In this document: one piece after another, positions 37,702 to 47,677 of the stretch
Position numbering within the stretch: the first letter of the stretch is position 1
Layout: each line of letters starts with the position of its first letter
Assembly: GCF_052095695.1 (NCBI RefSeq)
Contig: NZ_JBQDLQ010000004.1
Coordinates: 4,200 to 68,199, forward strand
Origin: Halomonas sp.
Lineage (GTDB): Bacteria; Pseudomonadota; Gammaproteobacteria; Pseudomonadales; Halomonadaceae
Direction of reading: 5' to 3'
Length of the DNA stretch: 64,000 nt
Notes under the pieces: model-generated
Seen by the model: only the letters and a program-made list of their open reading frames with translations
Told to the model about the DNA's origin: nothing
The model's database searches: none
Position numbers and translations under genes: made by a program

Positions 37702-38970
37702 TTAGCCAAGCCATGGGGGCGTGGTGATCTTGGCAGGCTCGCGTTGCATAATGATCTCGCCGTGGCGTACGGAAAGAAGCACTTCGCCTTGATTGCGCAG
37801 CACGCTGTAGTCGTCTTCACCCTCCAGCAGATTAAAGCTGGCCGGTTTGCCGACCTCGATGCCGTAACGCTCTTCAATATTAAGCGTGCGGGCACTGTTA
37901 TCGGTAATCAGCGATAGCGCTTGGCTGAAGTCCTGGTAGCCCATCATTTGGCAGATATGCAGGCCGAAATCCAGCGTTCTTAACAGCTTACCGTTACCCA
38001 GCGAGTACCAGGGATCAAAGATGGAATCTTCAGCAAAACAGACGTTAATGCCCGCTGCGTTGAGCTCTTTTACCCGGGTCACACCGCGGCGTTTGGGGTA
38101 GGTGTCAAAGCGTCCCTGCAGATGAATGCTTTCCGTAGGGCAGGAGACAAAATTGATGCCCGAGCGTTTGAGCAGCAGAAATAGCTTGGAGCAGTAGGCG
38201 TTGTCGTAGGAGTGCATGGCGGTGGTGTGGCTGGCGGTCACGCGGCTGCCCAGGTCGTTAAACAGCGCTTCGCAGGCCAGTACTTCAAGAAAACGCGAGT
38301 TGGGGTCGTCGATCTCGTCGCAGTGTACGTCGACCAAGCGGTCGTACTTGATCGCCAGCTCAATCACCCGTTTCATGGAAGCCACACCCAGCTCTCGGGT
38401 GTATTCAAAGTGAGGGATACCGCCTACGACATCAGCGCCAATTTCCAGCGCCTCTTCCATTAGCCTATCACCGCCGGGGTAAGAAAGTAGGCCATCCTGC
38501 GGGAAGGCAACCACCTGGATATCAATCTTATCCTTCAGTTCATCACGCAGCGTGCACAAGGTTTTCAAGCCAACTAGGCTTGGATCGCTGGTGTCGGCGT
38601 GGGTGCGCACGAATTGAACCCCGTTTCCAATCAACAAATTAAGCGTTTTTAGTACCCGCTCGCGAATATCCGCTTCGGTGAGCATGGGCTTGCGCTCACT
38701 CCAGCGCTCAATGCCTTCAAATAGGGTGCCGCTTTGGTTCCAGCTTGGCTCACCTGCTGTGAGGGCGGCATCTAGGTGAATATGGGGCTCAATAAAGGGG
38801 GCGCAAACGAGCTTGGCGCCTGCATCAACCTGCCCTTCGCTCGCGATTTGCGGTGCGTCTTGGGCGGTAATGGCGGTGAAAATGCCGTTCTCACTCTCGA
38901 GTCGGTAAAGTTCTGGGCGCTGGCGTAGGCGGGCGTTAATAATCTGCATGTGCATAGAAAAAAGGCTCAC
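37702..38970 (-). CDS. codA: Cytosine deaminase
   Basis: PFIEPHIHLD, NQSGTLFEGIERW, VAFPQDG, DVHCDEIDD, TASHTTAMHSY. True start probably a few codons in. Confidence 0.93.
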   Translation of the reverse strand: MSLFSMHMQIINARLRQRPELYRLESENGIFTAITAQDAPQIASEGQVDAGAKLVCAPFIEPHIHLDAALTAGEPSWNQSGTLFEGIERWSERKPMLTEADIRERVLKTLNLLIGNGVQFVRTHADTSDPSLVGLKTLCTLRDELKDKIDIQVVAFPQDGLLSYPGGDRLMEEALEIGADVVGGIPHFEYTRELGVASMKRVIELAIKYDRLVDVHCDEIDDPNSRFLEVLACEALFNDLGSRVTASHTTAMHSYDNAYCSKLFLLLKRSGINFVSCPTESIHLQGRFDTYPKRRGVTRVKELNAAGINVCFAEDSIFDPWYSLGNGKLLRTLDFGLHICQMMGYQDFSQALSLITDNSARTLNIEERYGIEVGKPASFNLLEGEDDYSVLRNQGEVLLSVRHGEIIMQREPAKITTPPWLG

Positions 38971-40236
38971 TTATTGTTTGGCAGTTGATGAAAGACTATC
39001 GCTCAGCGTAGCGTGCTTTAAGCGCAGTAGCACGGCGTAGCTGGCGGCTGCCACTGCGACACCGACCAACGGCGGCAGTAATGGTGAGAAGTAAGCCGCC
39101 CCCGCGCCTAACGCATACGCGGCTAAGCCTCGGCGGTTGAAATCAGGTAGCCGGGCGCTATCTAACGCCGGGTAGCGGCCTTTATGTTTGAGCCAGAAGT
39201 CCGCCATGATGACGCCACCCATCGGGGGAATGAACGTTCCCAATAGCACCAGAAACGGAATCAACAGGTTGTACATACCGCCCACCGCTAACACGGTGCC
39301 AATCGCTGCGCCACCCACCGTGACCAAACGGCGTTTCTCTGTACGCAGCAAGTTGCAGCCCGCCACGGCGAAGTTGTAGATGGTGTTGTCCTGGGTGGTC
39401 CAGATATTGAGAAACAGCATCAGTACGGCGATGGTGACAAACCCCTGGGCGATCAGCACATCGACAATATCCGCCTGTTGATAAATCATGGTGCCTAGGG
39501 CTCCGGTCAGCACCATTAAACCGTTACCGACAAAAAACGCCGCTAACGTCGCGAGGACGGCAATTTTTGGGGTCTTGGCAAAGCGACTCCAGTTAGTGGC
39601 TTGCGTGCCGCCGCTAATAAACGTGCCGATAATCACCGTAATCGCCGCCGCTACGCTCATACTCTCCGTGGGCGTTTGCTGACTTAGCCCCGCGTAACCA
39701 TGCACATCGACCAGCCCGGTGAACAGACTGATTACGATAAACAGCATCATGGCGGGCACGGCGAAGCGAGAGAGCCAGTCCATACCTTTATAGCCGATCA
39801 TGGCGGTGACGCAGAAACCAAACCCAAATAGCACCATTAAGGGGATTTCCAGCCATTCCGGCATCCCGGTGGTGCGTACCAATACCAGCGCGATAGTGGC
39901 CGTGCCCCAAGCGTACCAGCCGATTTGAGTAAAGCCGAGAATGAAGTCAGAGAGTTTGCTGCCTTTCTCGCCAAAGCAGAAGCGACCCATTAGCACTGAA
40001 TTTAGCCCGCTTTTACAGGCGATATAAGCAAGGGCTGCCGCATATATTCCTAGCAGCAAATTGCCAATCAGTATGATCCAGAGCAGTTGGCTGATGGTAA
40101 AGGCTTGGCCCAGGGTGCCGCCCGCCCACATGGTGGCAGTGAAAAAAGTAAAGCCGAGCAGCACCGCTGAGGTTGAGAGCAGGCCCTTGCGGGCGCTGAG
40201 GGGGACTTCACTGAGAGGATAGTCAGAGTGGTTCAT
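38971..40236 (-). CDS. codB: Cytosine permease
   Basis: LGFTFFTATMWAGG, TQIGWYAWG, NIWTTQDN; directly upstream of codA. Confidence 0.9.
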   Translation of the reverse strand: MNHSDYPLSEVPLSARKGLLSTSAVLLGFTFFTATMWAGGTLGQAFTISQLLWIILIGNLLLGIYAAALAYIACKSGLNSVLMGRFCFGEKGSKLSDFILGFTQIGWYAWGTATIALVLVRTTGMPEWLEIPLMVLFGFGFCVTAMIGYKGMDWLSRFAVPAMMLFIVISLFTGLVDVHGYAGLSQQTPTESMSVAAAITVIIGTFISGGTQATNWSRFAKTPKIAVLATLAAFFVGNGLMVLTGALGTMIYQQADIVDVLIAQGFVTIAVLMLFLNIWTTQDNTIYNFAVAGCNLLRTEKRRLVTVGGAAIGTVLAVGGMYNLLIPFLVLLGTFIPPMGGVIMADFWLKHKGRYPALDSARLPDFNRRGLAAYALGAGAAYFSPLLPPLVGVAVAAASYAVLLRLKHATLSDSLSSTAKQ

Positions 40237-40274
40237 GGCAGGCTCCAGGTGGAAGGCATTCAGCCAATATAGTA

Positions 40275-40291
40275 AGCAAGCCGTGTGCCAG
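40275..40291 (-). promoter_or_regulatory. Sigma54 promoter for codBA
   Basis: Minus strand reads CTGGCACACGGCTTGCT, matching TGGCAC-N5-TTGC. Confidence 0.8.
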
Positions 40292-40296
40292 TATGG

Positions 40297-40926
40297 CTAG
40301 ATTGAGTGTGTTTTCTCAACTAAAAGCCCACGCATTAACGTTTCTACGATGGCGTTGCCCTCATCTGCCAATGAAAATTGCTGAGTATCATGAAGCCAAT
40401 CAAAGCACACGCCAATTAAAAAGCCATGAAACTGACGACGGGCGCTGGCTGGCGTGAGGTCGGCACGTAAGCTGCCCGCAACTTGAGCTTGCTCAAATAA
40501 TGCTTCCACTTGTGCTTCAGCGTGTTTGGGGAGCTGGGTGATCATGCAGATGCGTGGGTGTTCATCATCCAATTTTTCGCAGCGGTGCAGCACGATGGTG
40601 GCTGCCCGCTGCAGCGGAAGGTCATGACAAATTCCTGCCAGTGAGCGTTGAGCTATTTCGCGCAGGCATTCGGCTGGCGTGGCACCGAGCCGCTGTACTG
40701 CATCGTCGACAATGCCATCCAACGGGAGTCTTACGCGCTCCAACAACGCATCGAACACAGCCGCTTTATCTTCAAAGTGCCAATAAATGGCTCCCCTTGT
40801 CACCCCCGCCGCCTGGGCAATATGTGCAAGCGTGGTGCGCGAAACACCTTGAGCAAGAAAGGTGGTTTCCGCAGCGTCGAGAATCGCTTCTCGGGTACGT
40901 TCAGAGTCTGCCTTACGACGGGTCAT
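40297..40926 (-). CDS. TetR/AcrR-family repressor
   Basis: TREAILDAA...GVSRTTLAHIAQAAGVTRGAIYWHFEDK. Confidence 0.93.
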   Translation of the reverse strand: MTRRKADSERTREAILDAAETTFLAQGVSRTTLAHIAQAAGVTRGAIYWHFEDKAAVFDALLERVRLPLDGIVDDAVQRLGATPAECLREIAQRSLAGICHDLPLQRAATIVLHRCEKLDDEHPRICMITQLPKHAEAQVEALFEQAQVAGSLRADLTPASARRQFHGFLIGVCFDWLHDTQQFSLADEGNAIVETLMRGLLVEKTHSI

Positions 40927-40997
40927 AGCGGCCCCTATTCATATAATTAGCGGTATTTTGGCACTGATAGATAGCAAAGTCGCCGTATGCTGATTAT

Positions 40998-41039
40998 TAT
41001 ACATTTAACTGACATTCATGAATGTCAGTTAAATGTATA
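40998..41039. promoter_or_regulatory. Perfect 42-bp palindrome, probable TetR operator
   Basis: TATACATTTAACTGACATTCA|TGAATGTCAGTTAAATGTATA, no loop, between the divergent tetR and RND genes. Confidence 0.8.
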
Positions 41040-41124
41040 CGTTATTCCGCTATGTTTTCTAAATTTTGGTGCTGCCTAACGTTAGCTTTGACAAGCTGTA
41101 CTGATCGTCCTCAAGGAGTTTACC

Positions 41125-42234
41125 GTGCCTGCTACTTTTCTCCGCTTCCTGCCAATCACATTAATTGTGCTGATGCTAATGGGCTGCGAGCAACCACTGG
41201 CGCAATCCCGCGATACGATAAGGCCAGTGAAACTGATGACGCTACAGTCGGCAAATGCCACTGCTTTACGCCAGTTTCCAGCACGGGTTGAAGCTTCCAC
41301 ACGCAGCAATTTATCGTTTCGTATGGCGGGGGAGCTACTGGAACTCAATGTGAACCCTGGCCAGCAGGTAAGCGAGGGCGAGGTAATTGCACGTATTGAT
41401 GACCGCAATGTGCAGAGCGAGTTGGATAGTGCTCGCTCGCGCCTAGAGCTAGCCCAGGCAATGCTAGAACGCATGCGCTATACCTTGGAGCGCGGTGCGA
41501 TCAGTCAATCCCAGTTTGATGAGTCGCAGAGCGAGTGGCGGGCTGCCCGCGCTACCTTTGAGCAAGCCCAAGAACAGGTTTCGCATACCCAGCTTCGCGC
41601 GCCCTACGATGGGGTGATTGCCCAAGTACCGGTGGATAACCGCCAAATTGTTCAGGTGCAGGAAACCGTTGCGGTGATTCAGCAGCCGGGGCAGTTGGAC
41701 GTGGTGTTTCATCTGCCTGAGCAAATTGTTCAGCGGATGCCACGTAGCAGCGGTACTCCCTTAGGGAATGAATTAGCGTATGAAGTACGCTTCGGAAACA
41801 GCGACAAACCCTATCTTGCCCAATTAGCGTCCTATACCACACAAGCCAACGCACAGAGCTTGGCTTATGAAGTTACGCTAACGCTCCCCCAGCCCGACGA
41901 TATCACCCTATTGGATGGTATGAGTGCCAATGTACGGCTGGATTTAAGTGCGCTGCCATCCAACCATGTTATATCCGACCATGCTACGCCGGTTTGGCAC
42001 CTGCCGCCTGAAGCAGTGAGCTATGCGGGCGAAGACGCTAGCCAGGCCTTGGTATGGCGCTATACAGGCTCAGAACAGGTAGAGGCAGTGCCGGTAAGGG
42101 TAGGGCAATTAACGTCGAATGGGCTGGAAGTTAACGGCGACTTGGCGGCGGGCGATCGTATAGTGGCGGCCGGCGCCCACCGTATAACGGCGGATACCAA
42201 CGTGGCGCCATGGGAAAAAGAGCAGGGGCTTTAA
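41125..42234 (+). CDS. RND efflux periplasmic adaptor (MFP)
   Basis: Lipobox LMGC, LSFRMAG, GQQVSEGEVIA, LRAPYDG. Confidence 0.92.
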   Translation: MPATFLRFLPITLIVLMLMGCEQPLAQSRDTIRPVKLMTLQSANATALRQFPARVEASTRSNLSFRMAGELLELNVNPGQQVSEGEVIARIDDRNVQSELDSARSRLELAQAMLERMRYTLERGAISQSQFDESQSEWRAARATFEQAQEQVSHTQLRAPYDGVIAQVPVDNRQIVQVQETVAVIQQPGQLDVVFHLPEQIVQRMPRSSGTPLGNELAYEVRFGNSDKPYLAQLASYTTQANAQSLAYEVTLTLPQPDDITLLDGMSANVRLDLSALPSNHVISDHATPVWHLPPEAVSYAGEDASQALVWRYTGSEQVEAVPVRVGQLTSNGLEVNGDLAAGDRIVAAGAHRITADTNVAPWEKEQGL

Positions 42235-42235
42235 C

Positions 42236-45200
42236 ATGGTCGACTACTTTTTGCGCCACCGTGCGGCCAGTTATTTAATGACCGTCGTGCTGTTGGCAGG
42301 TGGCGCGCTGTCATTTTTAGGCATGGGCCAACTGGAATTTCCCGAATTCACTATTCGTAACGCCCTCATCACCACGCAATACCCAGGCGCGACACCTGAA
42401 GAAGTTGAGCAAGAAGTTACCTCTACGCTAGAACAGTCTATCCAAGAGATGTCGTCGGTAAAGCGCGTTAGCTCGGTGAGTTCCGATGGGCTCTCGCAAA
42501 TTACCGTTGAGCTGGAAAGTACGGTTCAGAATGAGGAGTTGGAGCAACTGTGGGATTCTCTTCGCCGCAAAGTTCAGGATGCCCAGGCCGCATTGCCGCC
42601 GGGCGCCAGTCAGTCACGGGTTAACGACGACTTTGGCGATGTCTTTGGCTTCATGGTCGACCTGACCGGCGAAGGTTACAGCATGCCTGACCTGGCCGAC
42701 CACGCAGACTTCCTCAAGCGTGAGCTGACCTTAGTAAACGGTGTTGAGAAGGTATCACTAGGCGGCGAGCACGAAGAGCGCATTTATATTGAGGTCGACC
42801 GCGAACGGTTGCGCGCGCTGAATATTCCCCTCACTCGCCTGCAACAACTGCTCGATACTCAAAATGCAGTAGCTGATTCAGGCCATCTCAAACAGGATGG
42901 TCAGCGGTTTCGTATCACGCCTACGGGCAGCGCAGCGAATATAGAGGACTTGCGCGCACTCATTGTGAGTGAAGGTGACGGTGGGCTGGTGCGGCTAAGC
43001 GATATCGCAGAGGTTACACGTGGGTTGGCAGAGCAGCCCCAGCAGTTGTATCGAGACATGGGGCGTCCGGCGATCTCGCTGGGCATCTCTTTTGAAAGTG
43101 GCGTCAATGTCGTCGAGGTGGGCGAGCGGCTTCAGCATCGGTTGATGGCGTTAGAGGCACGCACACCGCTGGGAATGGAGCTGAACACCGTCTACAACCA
43201 GCCTCAGGTGGTCGATGACGCGGTATCAGGCTTTCTGGTGAGCCTGATCCAAGCGGTGGCCATCGTGATCGTGGTGCTGATGCTGTTTATGGGCTGGCGT
43301 AGCGGCCTGCTGATGGGCTTTATTCTGCTGATCACCATTATCGGCACCTTTATGCTAATGCGCTTTCACGGCTTACAGTTGGAAAAAATTTCCCTTGGTG
43401 CGCTGATTATTGCCCTCGGCATGTTGGTGGATAACGCCATAGTGGTAACCGAGGGCATGTTGGTGGGATTAAAGCGCGGCAGCACTATTCGCGATTCGGC
43501 GCATCAGGTAATCCGTCAGAACGCTTGGCCACTGCTGGCGGCAACGCTGATCGCAATTGCGGCCTTTGCGCCCATTGGACTCTCGCCAGATACGACAGGT
43601 GAATTCATCGGCTCGCTATTCTTCGTACTGCTCTATTCGCTGCTGCTGAGCTGGATTACCGCGCTGACATTGACGCCGTTCTACTTTAAGCTGTTTTTCC
43701 ACAATGTCGCTCCTGGCGATGGTCAAGAGGATCCCTACAAAGGCGTTATTTATCGTCTGGTCGGCCGCGTCATCATTGCCGGCATTCGTTGGCGTTGGGT
43801 GACGTTGATGCTGGTAGTAGCACTATTGGCTGGCGCGTTGTTTGGCTTTGGCTCAGTCAAAAATGCCTTCTTCCCTGCTTCGAACACCCCTATCTTTTTT
43901 GTCGACTACCGCACATCGGAAGGCACCGATATCCTTGAGACTCAGCGCCGCGTTAGCGAGTTGGAAACGAAGGTGATGGAGATGCCGGGCATTCGCCGCC
44001 TGACCACCACCGTAGGCGGCGGGTCACAGCGTTTTACGCTCACTTACTCGCCGGAAGACCGTTACGCAAGCTATGCACAGCTCATTATTGAAACCGACGA
44101 TAAAGCGACTCAGCGCGAGCGCATGGCCGACGTTGAAAAGGTACTGAAACGCAGCCATAGCGATATCGACTACAAGATTGCCCCGCTGGAAGTTGGCCCC
44201 GCTCCAAAAGCCAAACTAGAGGCGCGCTTCTACGGCAGCGACTCGGAAGTGCTGCGCCGGTTGGGCGACCAAGTGGAGGCCATGTTCCGCGAGACGTCCA
44301 ACATGACCAGCGTGCGTACAAGCTGGCGCAACCGGGTACAGGCGATTAAGCCAGTGTTTATGGAGGACACTGCCCGTCGGTTGGGTGTTACCCGCGAAGA
44401 CCTGGCCGCCACGCTTGCACTGAGTACCAGCGGCAGCCAGGTGGGGGTTTATCGCGACGGTAGCGACTTAATTCCGATGGTGGCACGAGCGATTCCCGAG
44501 CAGCGCCATGATGTGGACAACCTAGGCTCGCTCAATGTTTGGAGCGAAGAGCAGGGGCGCTATATTACCGCCGACCAGGTGATCAGCGACATCACTACCC
44601 AAGTGGCGGATCCGCTGATTATGCGCCGCAATCGCGAGCGAATGTTGGCAGTGTACGGAGAGCCGGATCCGTTAAGCGGAGTGACCGCCGCCAGCGTATT
44701 AGCGGAGATCCGTCCTCAGGTAGAATCACTGGCGTTGCCGACAGGCTATCGAATGGAGTGGGGGGGAGAGTTTGAAACCGCTGGCGAAGCGCAGAGTGGG
44801 CTATTTGCGTCACTACCACTGGGGATAGTGATGATGTTTATTCTCACCGTGGTGCTGTTCAATAATTTCCGCCAACCGTTGGCCATCTGGTCGCTAGTGC
44901 CGCTGACCATTATAGGTGTCGTCGGCGCGCTGCTGATAACCGGATTGCCCTTCTCATTTATGGCGCTGTTGGGCACGCTGAGCTTGATCGGCATGGTGAT
45001 TAAAAATGCCATCGTGCTAGTGGAAGAGATCAATGTGCAACTGCCGTTACATGAAGATCGTTACCACGCCGTCGTCCGTGCGGCTGTCAGCCGTGTTCGT
45101 CCGGTAGCAATGGCTGCGCTGACAACCATGCTGGGAATGATACCGCTGATAAGCGATGCCTTTTTCGCCAGCATGGCAGTTGCGTTAATTGGTGGCCTCG

Positions 45201-45280
45201 GTGTCGCTACGCTGTTAACCCTCGTGGTGCTGCCAGTGGTTTACTGCGTGCTGTACCGAATCAAGATCCACGCCGACTAG
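42236..45280 (+). CDS. RND efflux transporter permease (AcrB family)
   Basis: YPGATPEEVEQEVT, GMLVDNAIVV, GMVIKNAIVL, RVRPVAMAALTT; 1014 aa. Confidence 0.95.
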   Translation: MVDYFLRHRAASYLMTVVLLAGGALSFLGMGQLEFPEFTIRNALITTQYPGATPEEVEQEVTSTLEQSIQEMSSVKRVSSVSSDGLSQITVELESTVQNEELEQLWDSLRRKVQDAQAALPPGASQSRVNDDFGDVFGFMVDLTGEGYSMPDLADHADFLKRELTLVNGVEKVSLGGEHEERIYIEVDRERLRALNIPLTRLQQLLDTQNAVADSGHLKQDGQRFRITPTGSAANIEDLRALIVSEGDGGLVRLSDIAEVTRGLAEQPQQLYRDMGRPAISLGISFESGVNVVEVGERLQHRLMALEARTPLGMELNTVYNQPQVVDDAVSGFLVSLIQAVAIVIVVLMLFMGWRSGLLMGFILLITIIGTFMLMRFHGLQLEKISLGALIIALGMLVDNAIVVTEGMLVGLKRGSTIRDSAHQVIRQNAWPLLAATLIAIAAFAPIGLSPDTTGEFIGSLFFVLLYSLLLSWITALTLTPFYFKLFFHNVAPGDGQEDPYKGVIYRLVGRVIIAGIRWRWVTLMLVVALLAGALFGFGSVKNAFFPASNTPIFFVDYRTSEGTDILETQRRVSELETKVMEMPGIRRLTTTVGGGSQRFTLTYSPEDRYASYAQLIIETDDKATQRERMADVEKVLKRSHSDIDYKIAPLEVGPAPKAKLEARFYGSDSEVLRRLGDQVEAMFRETSNMTSVRTSWRNRVQAIKPVFMEDTARRLGVTREDLAATLALSTSGSQVGVYRDGSDLIPMVARAIPEQRHDVDNLGSLNVWSEEQGRYITADQVISDITTQVADPLIMRRNRERMLAVYGEPDPLSGVTAASVLAEIRPQVESLALPTGYRMEWGGEFETAGEAQSGLFASLPLGIVMMFILTVVLFNNFRQPLAIWSLVPLTIIGVVGALLITGLPFSFMALLGTLSLIGMVIKNAIVLVEEINVQLPLHEDRYHAVVRAAVSRVRPVAMAALTTMLGMIPLISDAFFASMAVALIGGLGVATLLTLVVLPVVYCVLYRIKIHAD

Positions 45281-45290
45281 CCGAGAGCGT

Positions 45291-46163
45291 TTAGTTTAGC
45301 GCTGCCATGACTTCGTCGATCTGCAGCGCAAGGCTTTGTAGACCGCCGCCGGAGAGATACCACAGCGCGGGTGTTAGCATAATGACCCGCGCATTTTCTG
45401 CACCCGCGTCTGAAAGCGTTTGGGTTAACGCGTCCACATCGGCGGGTTCATCGCCAATCGCGGCGCTGCGGTCAATCACTAGCACCACGTCGGGATTGAT
45501 CTCAGCAATGGCTTCAGCAGAAAGTGGTGTGAAAGTGCGCGTGCCACGGGTTTCGCTGGTGACACTGTCGGGCATTTCCAGGGCTGCAACGCCCAATACG
45601 TCATGCACTACCGGATGTTGATTAAGCATCAAGTTGCCGCCGTTGTGTGTCACCACCAGCGTACGCGGTGCGTTGCTGAGAGCTTCGCGCTGGGCTTCAA
45701 TATCGGCGTGCAATGCTTCGAGGGCTTCTTCGGCACGCGCTTCGGCGTCGATCTTGCTGGCGATCTGACGAACATTTTCATCGAAGGATGCTAGGTAATC
45801 ATCACCTTGTAAGCTGGTATTCAGCAGCGGAGCAATCTCTGCTAACTCGGTTTCCCAGTCACTTTGGCGGCCGGTATAAAAGAGTAGACTTGGTTCGCTT
45901 TCCGTAATGGCTTCAAGATCAGGGTTTTTTAGTCCACCTAAGTCGGTATAAGCATCGCCGCTATATGCAGATAAATAATCAGGCAGGCTCTGCTTGGGAA
46001 GACCGACTACCTGTTCACTGGCGCCGAGCGCATCAAGCGTATCCAGGCTGCCTAGGTCAAACGTAGCGATGCGCTGGTCGGCATTAGCGGCGGCAGCGAT
46101 TGAGACAAGCAGCGTTGCCGCGAGCGTTTTTGTAAAAATGGGGGAGAAAAGTGAAGACGTCAT
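45291..46163 (-). CDS. Siderophore ABC substrate-binding protein (FatB/YclQ-like), orphan
   Basis: FDLGSLDTLDALG, GGLKNPDLEAI, NPDVVLVIDRSAAIG, WYLSGGGL. Start placed at ATG 46163. Confidence 0.88.
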   Translation of the reverse strand: MTSSLFSPIFTKTLAATLLVSIAAAANADQRIATFDLGSLDTLDALGASEQVVGLPKQSLPDYLSAYSGDAYTDLGGLKNPDLEAITESEPSLLFYTGRQSDWETELAEIAPLLNTSLQGDDYLASFDENVRQIASKIDAEARAEEALEALHADIEAQREALSNAPRTLVVTHNGGNLMLNQHPVVHDVLGVAALEMPDSVTSETRGTRTFTPLSAEAIAEINPDVVLVIDRSAAIGDEPADVDALTQTLSDAGAENARVIMLTPALWYLSGGGLQSLALQIDEVMAALN

Positions 46164-46204
46164 CAGGCTTCCTTTATAAAAAACATTTATAAGAAAAAAT
46201 AGCA

Positions 46205-46223
46205 TATGCGATAATTTCTCATG
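46205..46223. promoter_or_regulatory. Possible Fur box
   Basis: Minus strand CATGAGAAATTATCGCATA, about 40 bp upstream of the siderophore-binding gene. Confidence 0.5.
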
Positions 46224-46282
46224 TTCTCAAGGATGCCGTGCTATGTCGCTATTTGTTGAAGGAACGGTGTGTTGCAATAAGT

Positions 46283-46313
46283 GCCACCGCTCTTGAGCAG
46301 TGAGAGCGGTGGC
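46283..46313 (-). terminator. Intrinsic terminator after preA
   Basis: 11-bp perfect stem GCCACCGCTCT/AGAGCGGTGGC with 9-nt loop, followed by ACTTATT on the minus strand. Confidence 0.7.
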
Positions 46314-46333
46314 GTTAGGCCGTTTAAGTCGCT

Positions 46334-47677
46334 TTAGTTGGCGACCTGGAAAGGATTGCGTGGATCATTATCCCAGGCCAGGAAGGGTTTGCCGGTTTCC
46401 TGAGGCACCATAGTGATGCAGTTCTCCACCGGACAGGTAATCTGGCAGAGGTTGCACCCCACACACTCCTCTTCAATTATCTCATAGCGACGCACACCGT
46501 TTTGCTCAGTGAGCTTGGCAATCGACTGGTGGGAAGTGTCCTCGCAGGCGATATAGCAACGGCCACACTCGATGCACAGATCCTGGTCAATCTTGGCGAT
46601 GGTCTTGAAGTTGATATCCAGGTGCTTCCAGTCGGTGGTTTGCGGTATCGCCTTACGCGAAAATGCCTCTATCGAATCGTAGCCTTTTTCCGCCATCCAG
46701 CGGGAGAGGCCATCTTTCATCTCTTCAACAATGCGGAAGCCATTGAGCATCGCGGCGGTACACACCTGTACACTGCCTGCCCCCAGGGCGATAAATTCCG
46801 CCGCATCCCGCCAGCTAGAAATACCGCCAATACCGGAAATGGGTAGTGTTGGCGTCGCCGGGTCGCGGGCGATTTCCGCCACCATGTTCATGGCAATGGG
46901 CTTCACGGCGCTGCCGCAGTAGCCGCCGTGGGTGCTCTGATGGCCCACCGTGGGTTTTGCGACCATATCGTCCAGATCGATACTGGTGATTGAATTGATA
47001 GTGTTGATTAGCGACACCGCATCTGCACCGCCGCGCAATGCAGCCTGTGCGCCCACGCGAATATCGGTGATATTCGGCGTGAGTTTTACAATCACTGGCT
47101 TCGAGTAATGTTTTTTACACCAATAGGTAACTTTCTCAATCAAGTCTGGGTTTTGGCCTACTGCGGCGCCCATACCACGCTCCGGCATGCCGTGGGGGCA
47201 GCCCAGATTAAGTTCGATGCCGTCCGCACCGGTGGCTTCCACCAATGGCAGAATATACGCCCAGGCCTCTTCATTGCAGGGCACCATGATGGAGACGATC
47301 AGCGCTCGGTCGGGCCAATCCTTCTTCACCTGGGTGATTTCTTGAAGATTGATCTCCAGTGAGCGGTCGGTAATCAGCTCGATATTATTAAAGCCGATCA
47401 CCTCGCGATTTTTGCCATAGTGGGCCGAATAACGAGAGGACACGTTCACTGCGGCGGGCTCTTCTCCTAAGGTTTTCCACACCACGCCACCCCAGCCCGC
47501 CTCATAGGCGCGCACCACGTTATACGCTTTATCGGTGGGCGGCGCCGAGGCCAGCCAGAATGGGTTGGGGGCCTTGATGCCGGCAAAGTTCACCGACAGA
47601 TCAACGCCGTTGGCCATGCTGTCGCCGCTATTTTTTTTGCCTGGAAAAGCATGGGGAGTGAAAGGTGTCGTATTCAT
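46334..47677 (-). CDS. preA: Dihydropyrimidine dehydrogenase subunit PreA
   Basis: NPFWLASAPPT, NIELI, ELNLGCPHGM, VKLTPN, INTI; C-terminal 2x4Fe-4S (CIECGRC, CVGCNLC). Confidence 0.95.
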   Translation of the reverse strand: MNTTPFTPHAFPGKKNSGDSMANGVDLSVNFAGIKAPNPFWLASAPPTDKAYNVVRAYEAGWGGVVWKTLGEEPAAVNVSSRYSAHYGKNREVIGFNNIELITDRSLEINLQEITQVKKDWPDRALIVSIMVPCNEEAWAYILPLVEATGADGIELNLGCPHGMPERGMGAAVGQNPDLIEKVTYWCKKHYSKPVIVKLTPNITDIRVGAQAALRGGADAVSLINTINSITSIDLDDMVAKPTVGHQSTHGGYCGSAVKPIAMNMVAEIARDPATPTLPISGIGGISSWRDAAEFIALGAGSVQVCTAAMLNGFRIVEEMKDGLSRWMAEKGYDSIEAFSRKAIPQTTDWKHLDINFKTIAKIDQDLCIECGRCYIACEDTSHQSIAKLTEQNGVRRYEIIEEECVGCNLCQITCPVENCITMVPQETGKPFLAWDNDPRNPFQVAN

